From sequence record SRR2962707_1965: DNA of 32,937 bases. One strand, 5' to 3'. A program made the position numbers and the translations under genes. This document shows, one piece after another, positions 17,889 through 26,229 of this stretch; within the stretch, counting starts at the first letter, position 1, and each line of letters starts with the position of its first letter. The notes below the pieces were generated by a model. That model saw nothing but the letters and a program-made list of their open reading frames with translations, had not been told where the DNA came from and ran no database searches.

Positions 17889-19993
17889 TGGCCAAGAACC
17901 TCGACCTGCAGGTGGTACTCGCCGCCAGAGACAAGCTCACCAAACCCCTCAAGAAGATTGACGCAACCACCACCGGTACCGCCCGGGCGCTGAAACAGGC
18001 CCAGGCGGAAACCAAACGGTTGCAGAGCTCCCAGCGTGACATCTCATCCTTCCGCCGGATGGACGATGCCTTGGGCAAGAACGCCAAGGCCCTGGCTGAA
18101 TCACAGGAGCGCGTTCGCCGCCTGGGCCACGAACTCCGAACAACCAGCAAGCCCACCGCCAAACTTCGGAACGAGTACAACAAGGCCCGGCAGGAGGTGG
18201 AGAAATTCACCCGTAAGGGACAGGACCAGCGGAAGGAACTGGGCAAAGTCCGCAAGCGGCTGAGCGATGCCGGCGTGGACGTGCGCAACTTATCCGGCGA
18301 GCAACGGCGCCTGGCCGATCAGATGCAGGCTACCAACAACCGAATCCAGCGCCAGAGGAAGTATCTGGATCAGCTGGGCAAGGCCGACATATCCGGAAAG
18401 TTCAGCAACATGACCGGTGAAGTAGGCCGGTTCGGCCGCCGCACAGCTCTGGCAACTTCAGTTGCTGCTGCTAGCATCTTCGGTATTGCCAACTCCACCG
18501 CCACCCTGGGCGACCAGGTAGCCAAGACTGGCGACAAAATCGGTATCGCCCTTGGCCCCTTCCAGGAACTACGCTACGCCGCTGAGCGCTCCGGCGTGTC
18601 TACCGAGAAATTCGATTCCAGTCTGGAACGGTTCATCAAGCGAATGGGCGAAGCCACCCAAGGCACCGGCGCTGCCCGCAAGGCCTACGAGGAGTTGGGA
18701 CTTTCCGCTGAGGACCTGGCCGAGCTGACCCCAGAACAAAGCCTGGAAGTGGTGGCCGATCGGCTCTCCTCCGTGGAGAACCAGTCTCAACGTGTGGCCA
18801 TCGCCGCTCAGCTGTTCGGGCGCGAAGGTGTGGCCATGGTCAACATGCTGAAGGATGGCAGTTCAGGCCTTCAGGCCCTTAGACGCGATGCCAGAGCCAC
18901 AGGCTATGTGCTTAGCGAACAGGCCGCGCGGGACGCGGAAGCCTTCAAGGATGCAATGCTGGACGCCCAGCTGGGCATGGCTGGCATGAAGAACACCATC
19001 GGCGCCGAACTGATGCCCGCGATCACCGATATGATGGGCGATCTGTCTTCCTGGATGCGAGAGAACCGAGACCAAGTAAGCGCTTTCGCCTCCAACTTCG
19101 GTACCAAGCTCAAGAACGCCATCCCGGTGCTGCGTGATATTGCTGTCGGTGCCGCATCCACGGCAAAGACACTGGGCATGATCACCAGTAACCTCGCCAC
19201 CATGGTGGGCGGTTTCGACAACCTGGGGATGATCCTAGCCGTGGTTCTGGCCATGAAGCCCATCATGGCCATCCTCGCCTTCGGCAAGGCCATTTTCATG
19301 GCCACCAGTGCAGTCGTCGGCCTGGCCGGCGGTTTACCGGCCGTTGCAGCTGGCATCAAAGCGATCGGGGTAGCCCTTACCGCCAACCCCATCGGTCTGA
19401 TCATCGCAGCGATCGCCGGCGCCGGTTACCTGATTTACAAGAACTGGGGCGCCATCATGGGCTTCTTCAAGAGCCTGCCAGCCAAGTTCTCCGGCTTTGG
19501 ATCCATGATCATGGACGGTCTGGTAGGTGGCTTGCTGGGCGGCCTGGACAAGGTGAAGGACACCATCGTGAACGCAGGCCAGAAAACCATCGGCTGGTTT
19601 AAGGGCGTTCTCGGGATCAAGTCACCGTCCCGGGTATTCATGAGCGCTGGCCAGGACACCCTCGAGGGATACCGGAAAGGTATCCAGAAACAGGAACCGG
19701 CGGCACTGAAGCAAGTCAGCGGGTTCGGCAAGCGAGTGCGCAGTGTAGGTGCCGGCATTGCCATTGGCGCGTCCGCCCTGCCCGCTGCGGCCGGCGTCCA
19801 GTTCGACAACCGCCCACCGATCGCCACCGGCACGCCTTCTGCAGCCACTGCTGGCGATAGCGTAACGATCAATGTCTATGCAGCACCAGGGCAAAGCGAA
19901 CGAGAGATAGCGGCCCAGGTTGATCGGATCCTGCAGGAGCGCGAACGCCGTATAGCCACCCGTGCCCGCAGTGCACTTTATGACAGGGAGTAA
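17888..19993 (+). CDS. T: Tape measure protein (P2 gpT)
   Basis: L.LQV.L.A.DKLT.P start, coiled coils, ANPIGL.I.AIA...YLIY.NW, LGI.SPSRVF. Confidence 0.95.
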   Translation: MAKNLDLQVVLAARDKLTKPLKKIDATTTGTARALKQAQAETKRLQSSQRDISSFRRMDDALGKNAKALAESQERVRRLGHELRTTSKPTAKLRNEYNKARQEVEKFTRKGQDQRKELGKVRKRLSDAGVDVRNLSGEQRRLADQMQATNNRIQRQRKYLDQLGKADISGKFSNMTGEVGRFGRRTALATSVAAASIFGIANSTATLGDQVAKTGDKIGIALGPFQELRYAAERSGVSTEKFDSSLERFIKRMGEATQGTGAARKAYEELGLSAEDLAELTPEQSLEVVADRLSSVENQSQRVAIAAQLFGREGVAMVNMLKDGSSGLQALRRDARATGYVLSEQAARDAEAFKDAMLDAQLGMAGMKNTIGAELMPAITDMMGDLSSWMRENRDQVSAFASNFGTKLKNAIPVLRDIAVGAASTAKTLGMITSNLATMVGGFDNLGMILAVVLAMKPIMAILAFGKAIFMATSAVVGLAGGLPAVAAGIKAIGVALTANPIGLIIAAIAGAGYLIYKNWGAIMGFFKSLPAKFSGFGSMIMDGLVGGLLGGLDKVKDTIVNAGQKTIGWFKGVLGIKSPSRVFMSAGQDTLEGYRKGIQKQEPAALKQVSGFGKRVRSVGAGIAIGASALPAAAGVQFDNRPPIATGTPSAATAGDSVTINVYAAPGQSEREIAAQVDRILQERERRIATRARSALYDRE

Positions 19994-19999
19994 TCCGCC

Positions 20000-20476
20000 A
20001 TGATGATGACCCTCGGAATGTTTGTCTTCGAAGTCCAGTCCCTGCCATATCAGCAGCTGCAGCGCAGCACCCAGTGGCGGCACCCCAGCCAAAGCCGCGT
20101 TGGTCAGCGCCCCGCTTACCAGTACCTGGGCCCGGGTGAAGATACTATCACCCTGAGTGGCACACTCTACCCGGAGCTCACCGGCGGCCGGGTAACCCTG
20201 GACGACGTGCGCATAATGGCCGACGAAGGTAAGGCATGGCCCTTAATTGAAGGCTCTGGCCGGGTGTTCGGATTCTGGTGCGTCACTGGCGTTGAAGAAA
20301 CCAGCACCGTGTTCTTCTCCGATGGTGTTCCCCGGAAGATCGACTTCACCATCAACCTGGTGCGGGTAGACGAGGACGACTTCCAGGCCTTTCGCGACCG
20401 TGCAGCCACAAGCCGGGACGCTGCAATCGGGCTGGGGCTTTACCAGCCCAGGCGCAATAGCGGAGGCGTGGCCTGA
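20000..20476 (+). CDS. U: Tail protein U
   Basis: MM.LGMFVF....LPYQ.LQR...WRH, ITLSG.LYPELTGG, G.AWPLIEG.G. Confidence 0.95.
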   Translation: MMMTLGMFVFEVQSLPYQQLQRSTQWRHPSQSRVGQRPAYQYLGPGEDTITLSGTLYPELTGGRVTLDDVRIMADEGKAWPLIEGSGRVFGFWCVTGVEETSTVFFSDGVPRKIDFTINLVRVDEDDFQAFRDRAATSRDAAIGLGLYQPRRNSGGVA

Positions 20477-21459
20477 TGCAGCACCGCGCCCCTGATTATC
20501 GATTGGTGGTAAACGGCCGCAACATCACTCCGACAGTGAACGGCAGGCTGATAGACCTTACCCTGGATGAAACACCAGGCGATGAGGCCGACACCCTGTC
20601 CCTCACCCTCAGCGACCATGACAACGCCCTGGAGATCCCGCCCAAGGGTGCCGAGATACAGCTGGCCATCGGGTGGAAGGGCCAGGCTCTTTTCGAAAAG
20701 GGCCTGTTCATCGTGGATGAGGCTTCCTACACCTGGGCGCCAAACGTACTGAACATCACCGCCCGTAGCGCTGACATGCGCAATGGTTTGCCCACACGCC
20801 GAACCCGCAGCTGGGACCAGGTAACCCTCAGCGATCTGGTAACCACCATCGCCCGGGAAAACGAGCTGGAGCCCGTCATCGGAGGCAACCTGGCCGCCAT
20901 CAGCATCGAACATCTGGACCAGACCGACGAATCCGACCTGAACCTTCTCACCCGCCTGGGGGAACGACACGACGCGATCGCCACAGTTAAGGCCAGCCGG
21001 CTGCTATTCACTCCTCGAGGAGAAGCGGCCACCGCCAGCGGTACCGCCCTGCCCTCCATAACCGTAAGGCCTAGCAGCGGCGACAGCGGTACCTACCGCG
21101 AAACCGATCGCGACGGCTACACCGGTGTCATCGCTTTCTGGGACGATGTCGACGCCGGCCAGCAGGTCCAAGTGCAGGTGGGCACGGAAGAACGGGTGAA
21201 GCGCCTGCGAGGCACCTATGCCAATGAGAGCGAGGCAAAGGCCGCTGCTCGGGCAGAGCTACGCAGGCTAAACCGAGGAGAGGCTAAGCTATCGATAACG
21301 CTGGCCACAGGTAGGCCGGATGTTGGGCCGGAGTGGCGACTACAGGCAGAAGGATTCAAGCGGCAGATCAACGGGCGGGAATGGGTAGTAACCAGGGCCA
21401 GTCACAGTTTGAGTGATGGGGGACTGGTCACAACGTTAGATACAGAGACAAAATCTTGA
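20476..21459 (+). CDS. D: Late control / tail hub protein D
   Basis: EAD.L.L.L.D.D, KG.F.VDE, HLDQT.ESD...LTRL, H.LSD.G..T. Confidence 0.95.
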   Translation: MQHRAPDYRLVVNGRNITPTVNGRLIDLTLDETPGDEADTLSLTLSDHDNALEIPPKGAEIQLAIGWKGQALFEKGLFIVDEASYTWAPNVLNITARSADMRNGLPTRRTRSWDQVTLSDLVTTIARENELEPVIGGNLAAISIEHLDQTDESDLNLLTRLGERHDAIATVKASRLLFTPRGEAATASGTALPSITVRPSSGDSGTYRETDRDGYTGVIAFWDDVDAGQQVQVQVGTEERVKRLRGTYANESEAKAAARAELRRLNRGEAKLSITLATGRPDVGPEWRLQAEGFKRQINGREWVVTRASHSLSDGGLVTTLDTETKS

Positions 21460-21492
21460 GATACTGGAAAACGGTTTAAGAATACACGCCAA

Positions 21493-22776
21493 CTACGATA
21501 GAGATTTAACCAACATCATCGATATCAGATTGACCCCCTGATTAAACGCATCACGACCACCATTTAACTCGTAATATATAAAAGTGCCAATTAAAGCAGG
21601 CATCCATCCTAAGAAACGCATCCCAAACAACATGTTTCCTATCCAACGCTCGCCACGATCTAAACTTTTGTTCATTTCCTGTATTCTAGACTTTAGATCT
21701 TCGGGATAACGGGCGCTCTCACCTTCAAGCGAGTCAGAAACAATACGGCGAGCATGCCTCACCTGCTTAAATTGACGCTTTTGGTTAACAACAGAAGCTG
21801 CGACAATTAATGCCGCACCTACGAGGGCCAAAACAGAAAGAAATTGCTGAGCAATACCCTCTACTTTTAAAAGCGCAACCAAACCGGCAAACGATGCTGG
21901 AATGGCGAGAAGCTTCCCAGAAATATCCGATAGAACTTTGGAGTAACTGGCTGCAAGCTCCAACTCCGCATCAGCTACTTCCTTCTTAGCTTTCTGAAAA
22001 GCGAACCCGCTTAAATAAACCTCTAAGTTATTATGATATAACCGTAGGAACTCGTCCCATTCAACAACCAGTTTCTTAAAATTCTCGGCCTCATTATCTA
22101 CTGACCTATTGCAGAACTCAGCAATTGACGTGTGGAACACACCAAGACGAGCAGTGTAATGTGGATCCTCGTACTGACTGTCGTCGCACAGAGATCTGAC
22201 AATATCCAAACTTATCGCAGATGCGGCGTAAACCACCGAAGACACAACCTTCGTTTCTATAACGATAGGAATGTCATGCCTGTCACTTTCGTGTTTTACA
22301 AAAACCAACCTCTCACCTAGCTGAGCATTTGTCTTATCTTTATAGTGAGAAAGGTTGACCAAATATCTGATAAGCTCGCAAGTCTTTACAAGGCCATTTG
22401 AAATTTCGGAATTATCATCTGCTTCGAGACTATAAAAGTCCTCTTGAACCAAATAGTACTCAGACGGCAATATTCCCTGAGATACCCTTGGCGATTTATT
22501 TAGCATGTCACAAAGGGACTGATAAAACCTACTATCAGTATTAGATGGAACCAATATCTCAAATTCCACCTTGCTGCCAGAATCTGGAAGGTCGACACTC
22601 TCCATCACAAACTGACCGTCTACCCGACAACTACGGATCGAGGAGCTATTCTTTGCGTAGATTCGGGCAAGTAAATCCTTTGCACCCTCATATTCAATGG
22701 TTGCCGCAAAGCAGCCATCGACTAAACCAGGCTTGCCGGATCTCCTATATAAATCTACAAAAGTCCGTATGGTCAT
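21493..22776 (-). CDS. Hypothetical 427-aa protein with about 3 C-terminal TM helices (cargo)
   Basis: Low-GC ORF; hydrophobic segments LLAIPASFAGLVALL, FLSVLALVGAALIVAASVV and MLFGMRFLGWMPALIGTFIYY; 4-bp overlap with the upstream gene. Confidence 0.85.
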   Translation of the reverse strand: MTIRTFVDLYRRSGKPGLVDGCFAATIEYEGAKDLLARIYAKNSSSIRSCRVDGQFVMESVDLPDSGSKVEFEILVPSNTDSRFYQSLCDMLNKSPRVSQGILPSEYYLVQEDFYSLEADDNSEISNGLVKTCELIRYLVNLSHYKDKTNAQLGERLVFVKHESDRHDIPIVIETKVVSSVVYAASAISLDIVRSLCDDSQYEDPHYTARLGVFHTSIAEFCNRSVDNEAENFKKLVVEWDEFLRLYHNNLEVYLSGFAFQKAKKEVADAELELAASYSKVLSDISGKLLAIPASFAGLVALLKVEGIAQQFLSVLALVGAALIVAASVVNQKRQFKQVRHARRIVSDSLEGESARYPEDLKSRIQEMNKSLDRGERWIGNMLFGMRFLGWMPALIGTFIYYELNGGRDAFNQGVNLISMMLVKSLS

Positions 22777-23882
22777 TGCTGCCTAGCATCCAGATCATTG
22801 ATTATTTTTTGCTTTACATCGTCAGGCAATTCGGTGAATGTCAAAGAGCCAGTTTTCCTATCATAATATACTGTCGCCCCAGGTTCATCCCCCAAAACGC
22901 TATACTCCACATTAAATGACCACGCCTTAGTTTTTGCGGTGACCTGAGAAAATGCATTGGTACTAGTTTTGTTAACATTAAACTGAAACGGAACAGCATT
23001 TGACTCGTCATTCAAAGTATCGATATATTTCTGAGTTATTTCTTCAGCCTCATCCGAAACACTTAACGGCAAATGTTTTTGGAATATAGCTGAAACTTCA
23101 TGTAAGTTTACTGGCTGTTGATTCTCAGCTTTATCTTTTAAAAAACTGACCATTTCAGCGCGCATGTCATGTGCGTGATGCTTCAGTTTCCCGTTATCGC
23201 TATAGATAGCAAAAGCTTCGCGAATTACAGCTGTCGTTGCACGAGATGTGGCTACGCCGGGTATACAATCCAGCGCCAGAATAAAATACGTGGAGGCCCC
23301 AGCCGATGCCGCTGGGCTAAGGAAGTTAAGGTAGCTAATCTCTTGCTTTTCTTCGTCTGTAGCCGAATTGTACTCTGAGAATTTCTGAAAATTAATTCTC
23401 GCGGCCTGATGTAGCTTATTTGTTTCCACCTCAGTCACCAGCTCAGGAACCATTTTCTCTGTAATTCTAAGTCCAGGCCGCTGCTTTACCATAGCTACCA
23501 TGAAGAACCTGACACCATCTCTCAGGTAATCATAAAACACAATATAACCACCGGTAGCCGCAGACGCTGAATGGGCCGTTCGCATCAGTTCGTTAATGGC
23601 TGTTGTACTCAAGTCTTCAAAATTCTGGTCTTCAATAGAATGAAGCTCGTAATAAGACATAAAGTGATCAGCAAATTTTCCTCTCCTTGACGGTTCGCAG
23701 AAAGTGCCGTACTGAACCCGATTGTGTTTTTTTCCATAGGCATCGAGTATAGCTTCTAACAATCGAACGACACCTTTGTTTGTCGTATCAAGTATGCTGC
23801 CCCAATCCGGATCTTCTACCGGCCCATTCTTATCTTTGTTGAATCCATGGATAATAACTTTGTTTATAGTTATACCGTTCAT
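22773..23882 (-). CDS. Nucleoid-associated protein NdpA/YejK (NA37) family, divergent (cargo)
   Basis: I.KVIIH.F.K, ATGGYIVF..Y, F.VAMVK, KLHQAARIN, YL.FL, YF..AL.C motifs; AAGGAGGT RBS at 23894-23901. Confidence 0.8.
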   Translation of the reverse strand: MNGITINKVIIHGFNKDKNGPVEDPDWGSILDTTNKGVVRLLEAILDAYGKKHNRVQYGTFCEPSRRGKFADHFMSYYELHSIEDQNFEDLSTTAINELMRTAHSASAATGGYIVFYDYLRDGVRFFMVAMVKQRPGLRITEKMVPELVTEVETNKLHQAARINFQKFSEYNSATDEEKQEISYLNFLSPAASAGASTYFILALDCIPGVATSRATTAVIREAFAIYSDNGKLKHHAHDMRAEMVSFLKDKAENQQPVNLHEVSAIFQKHLPLSVSDEAEEITQKYIDTLNDESNAVPFQFNVNKTSTNAFSQVTAKTKAWSFNVEYSVLGDEPGATVYYDRKTGSLTFTELPDDVKQKIINDLDARQQ

Positions 23883-23945
23883 TATTTTTTCGTACCTCCT
23901 TTTTAATAATTATATCCAGCGCGTTTTTATTAGTTATTTATTCTG

Positions 23946-24623
23946 CTAAAACACCCGGCCCGCGCGCCAGTAACAAAGCCCTACAATCTCAATATTCCCA
24001 AAGTTCTCCGGATGAATAGTCTCAGGTTGATACAGAGCGTTATCACTGGACACCCGCAGGCTGCCATCAGCCATTGTCTGCAAACGCTTAATCCGGAGTG
24101 AATCGCCAATCCGAATAGCAAAAACACCATCTGGCTTCTTCCTGGAGCAATCGATCAGAACCGTATCGCCATCAGAGAGTGTGCCGTCCATCGAATCTCC
24201 AGAGACTCTAATAGAAGCCAGGTCTTTTGCATGAAGGCCCTCACGGGCGAGCCAGTCATTGCGAAATTTGATGTAGCTAATCACTCGCTCATGACTGAAA
24301 AAGGAGCCATTGCCAGCGCTCGCTTCCACGTCATAAAGCGGTACTTCGGTGTAATCAACATCTTGAGCGACTGGAAAACTGTCAACCTGACCGTCTGAGT
24401 CTCGGCCAATAATCAGCCAATCAAGACTAATACCTTTATCCATAGCAAGCTGGACGCACTGATCGTATGGAACCGTCCCTCGCTTGCGCCAGTTATGAAC
24501 ACTTGCCTGCTTAATATCGAAATATGCCGCGACATCCTTGTCCATCGTGACACCAAGGACACTTTTCATTCGGCTTAATATACGCTCAGCCAAAAGACTT
24601 TTATCAGTCAGATAGTTTTCCAT
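23946..24623 (-). CDS. cI: CI-type repressor: HTH + S24 autopeptidase
   Basis: HTH (DKDVA..F.I....VHNWRKRG.VP, SLDWL..G); ASAG.G cleavage site; GDSM Ser and RIKRL Lys catalytic motifs. Confidence 0.93.
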   Translation of the reverse strand: MENYLTDKSLLAERILSRMKSVLGVTMDKDVAAYFDIKQASVHNWRKRGTVPYDQCVQLAMDKGISLDWLIIGRDSDGQVDSFPVAQDVDYTEVPLYDVEASAGNGSFFSHERVISYIKFRNDWLAREGLHAKDLASIRVSGDSMDGTLSDGDTVLIDCSRKKPDGVFAIRIGDSLRIKRLQTMADGSLRVSSDNALYQPETIHPENFGNIEIVGLCYWRAGRVF

Positions 24624-24711
24624 AGTTAAATTTCATCCGTCATTTGGTTGATTGCTTATCCAAATGGCGTTTATCCTTCTGTGTAATTCAGCGTTACACA
24701 GAGGATACACC
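24624..24711. promoter_or_regulatory. Lysis-lysogeny switch: divergent promoters and operators
   Basis: Inverted repeat CGTCATTTGG/CCAAATGGCG (24638-24669); TTGATT-18-TATCCT rightward promoter candidate; second inverted repeat at 24678-24702. Confidence 0.65.
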
Positions 24712-24915
24712 ATGCAAGGTGCAAAAAAACCCAGCCCCAGTCACCGCGCCCCTGTCGGTGTTCTAACTGCGAAGCCGATCGCGCTTCGCCTTCTCACGGA
24801 AGAACGTTCCGCCCTGGAGCAGGCCGCCTTGGCGGAAGGCCGTTCTCTGGCATCCCAGGCCCGCATCTTCTTTCTGCAAGGCCTGAATGACTACCAGCGC
24901 AAAACGTCTGCCTGA
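24712..24915 (+). CDS. Small DNA-binding protein at the Cro position (ribbon-helix-helix-like)
   Basis: GAGGA RBS; KPIALRL..EER..LE..A..EGRS; divergent from cI. Confidence 0.7.
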   Translation: MQGAKKPSPSHRAPVGVLTAKPIALRLLTEERSALEQAALAEGRSLASQARIFFLQGLNDYQRKTSA

Positions 24916-24935
24916 AGCACTGAAGGAGTAGCCGC

Positions 24936-25157
24936 ATGTATCAGGACCCAAAACGCATCCGCAAACACCGTGTGAGCCTAAATCTGGACGACTACGAGGC
25001 CGCCGTGATCAACGCACTGGTGGATTACACCGGTACCGACAGAGCCAGCCTGCTACGCCAGATGCTGATCGCTCAGGCTGAGGCGGCACTTTTGCCGACG
25101 CCTCCAAGCATGGCCGGTGGTGCGCCACTTTCCGAGGCCCACATTCGCACCATTTGA
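24936..25157 (+). CDS. Small early protein (RHH-like)
   Basis: AAGGAG RBS; MY.DPKRIR...V.L.LD.YE...I.AL..YTG...A.LLR. Confidence 0.75.
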   Translation: MYQDPKRIRKHRVSLNLDDYEAAVINALVDYTGTDRASLLRQMLIAQAEAALLPTPPSMAGGAPLSEAHIRTI

Positions 25158-25169
25158 GGTCCTCAAACG

Positions 25170-25358
25170 ATGCCGGAAATCACCCTGGAACTGACGGACC
25201 AACAGGCCGAACTGCTGGACACCATTCGCAAGCAGCAAGGCCTTGAAACCATGGATCAGGCCGCCGAGTGGCTGATCAAACAACGCATGCGAGGAGCCAG
25301 CCTGAAGTTGACCGGGCGAAACCGGGCACTTCACGCCGTAGGAGGCCCCAGAAAGTGA
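25170..25358 (+). CDS. Hypothetical early protein
   Basis: GAGGT RBS; 62 aa; coupled to the next gene. Confidence 0.7.
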   Translation: MPEITLELTDQQAELLDTIRKQQGLETMDQAAEWLIKQRMRGASLKLTGRNRALHAVGGPRK

Positions 25359-25885
25359 AGCTCAACCAGATAACCCGCAATTACCTGACCATCGGCTGCC
25401 CGGCTTGCGGTGAATCCTGTTCGATTCAGTCCAGCAGGGCGATCCAGCAGAAAGGCAAAGATGCCTTCGTTCAGTGCCGGAACATCGAATGCGGATACCG
25501 CGGCTCCGTAGAGGTTTCCTACGGGCCGGTCCTGCAGGCCAAGAACCCCGGCACCCCAGATGTTGAAAACCAGCAGCGGCTCCAGTCCGGAGTTCGGAAC
25601 AACTTCCTCCGGATCCTCTGCCCCCACTGCGCAGGCGTCTGCAGGGTTCGCACCAGCGTGCAGATGATCTCGGCACAGCGGCAGCTTTACGTGTTCTGCC
25701 AGGATGCGGACCACTGCGGATACAAAGGCGTGGTGTTCCTCACCCATACCGATCGGCTTTCTCTGGACCCAGACGGCAATGTCCGCCAGATCCCTCTCGC
25801 TCCGGAAGTCCGCGAGCAATGCCAGCAGGAAATGGAGCTGGCCTACGAGAAGTACTCACCTAAAAAGAAGGACGCAACGCGATGA
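25355..25885 (+). CDS. ogr: Late-gene activator with two tandem Ogr/Delta zinc fingers
   Basis: GTG with AGGAGG RBS; CPAC-X22-CRNIEC and CPHC-X22-CQDADHC. Confidence 0.85.
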   Translation: MKLNQITRNYLTIGCPACGESCSIQSSRAIQQKGKDAFVQCRNIECGYRGSVEVSYGPVLQAKNPGTPDVENQQRLQSGVRNNFLRILCPHCAGVCRVRTSVQMISAQRQLYVFCQDADHCGYKGVVFLTHTDRLSLDPDGNVRQIPLAPEVREQCQQEMELAYEKYSPKKKDATR

Positions 25886-26214
25886 ACGAAGTAGCCCAAA
25901 GCATGACTGACGCCGCCTACTCCCAGCTTCTGGCCCTTCGCAAAGGCAGCACAGATGCTCGGGAATGCATCGAAATGACCGTAGATAGCCTGATGGAGGA
26001 ATACCAGTGCTCCAGCCGCCGGGCGTCCCTGCTGGTTATTCGTGCCTGGCACGACCTGGAAGGCACCAAACAGCCGAAGGCCTACGTGGATGTGAGCCTG
26101 ACCACCGGAAACACCGTGGTTGTTCACGACCAGTCTGGCCGCACCAGCATCTTCTCGGTTCAGGAGCTGCTGAAGCTTCGGGACCAGGCCACAGCAATCC
26201 AACTCCCCGCCTGA
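25882..26214 (+). CDS. Hypothetical early protein
   Basis: ATGA coupling to ogr; 110 aa. Confidence 0.7.
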   Translation: MNEVAQSMTDAAYSQLLALRKGSTDARECIEMTVDSLMEEYQCSSRRASLLVIRAWHDLEGTKQPKAYVDVSLTTGNTVVVHDQSGRTSIFSVQELLKLRDQATAIQLPA

Positions 26215-26229
26215 TCCGGAGCGCTCCGA

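Noticed and set aside
22773-23882. Captured housekeeping yejK/ndpA
   Set aside because: Low GC relative to the phage core, divergent sequence and coupling to a TM gene argue for a mobile paralogue, so no gene symbol is assigned
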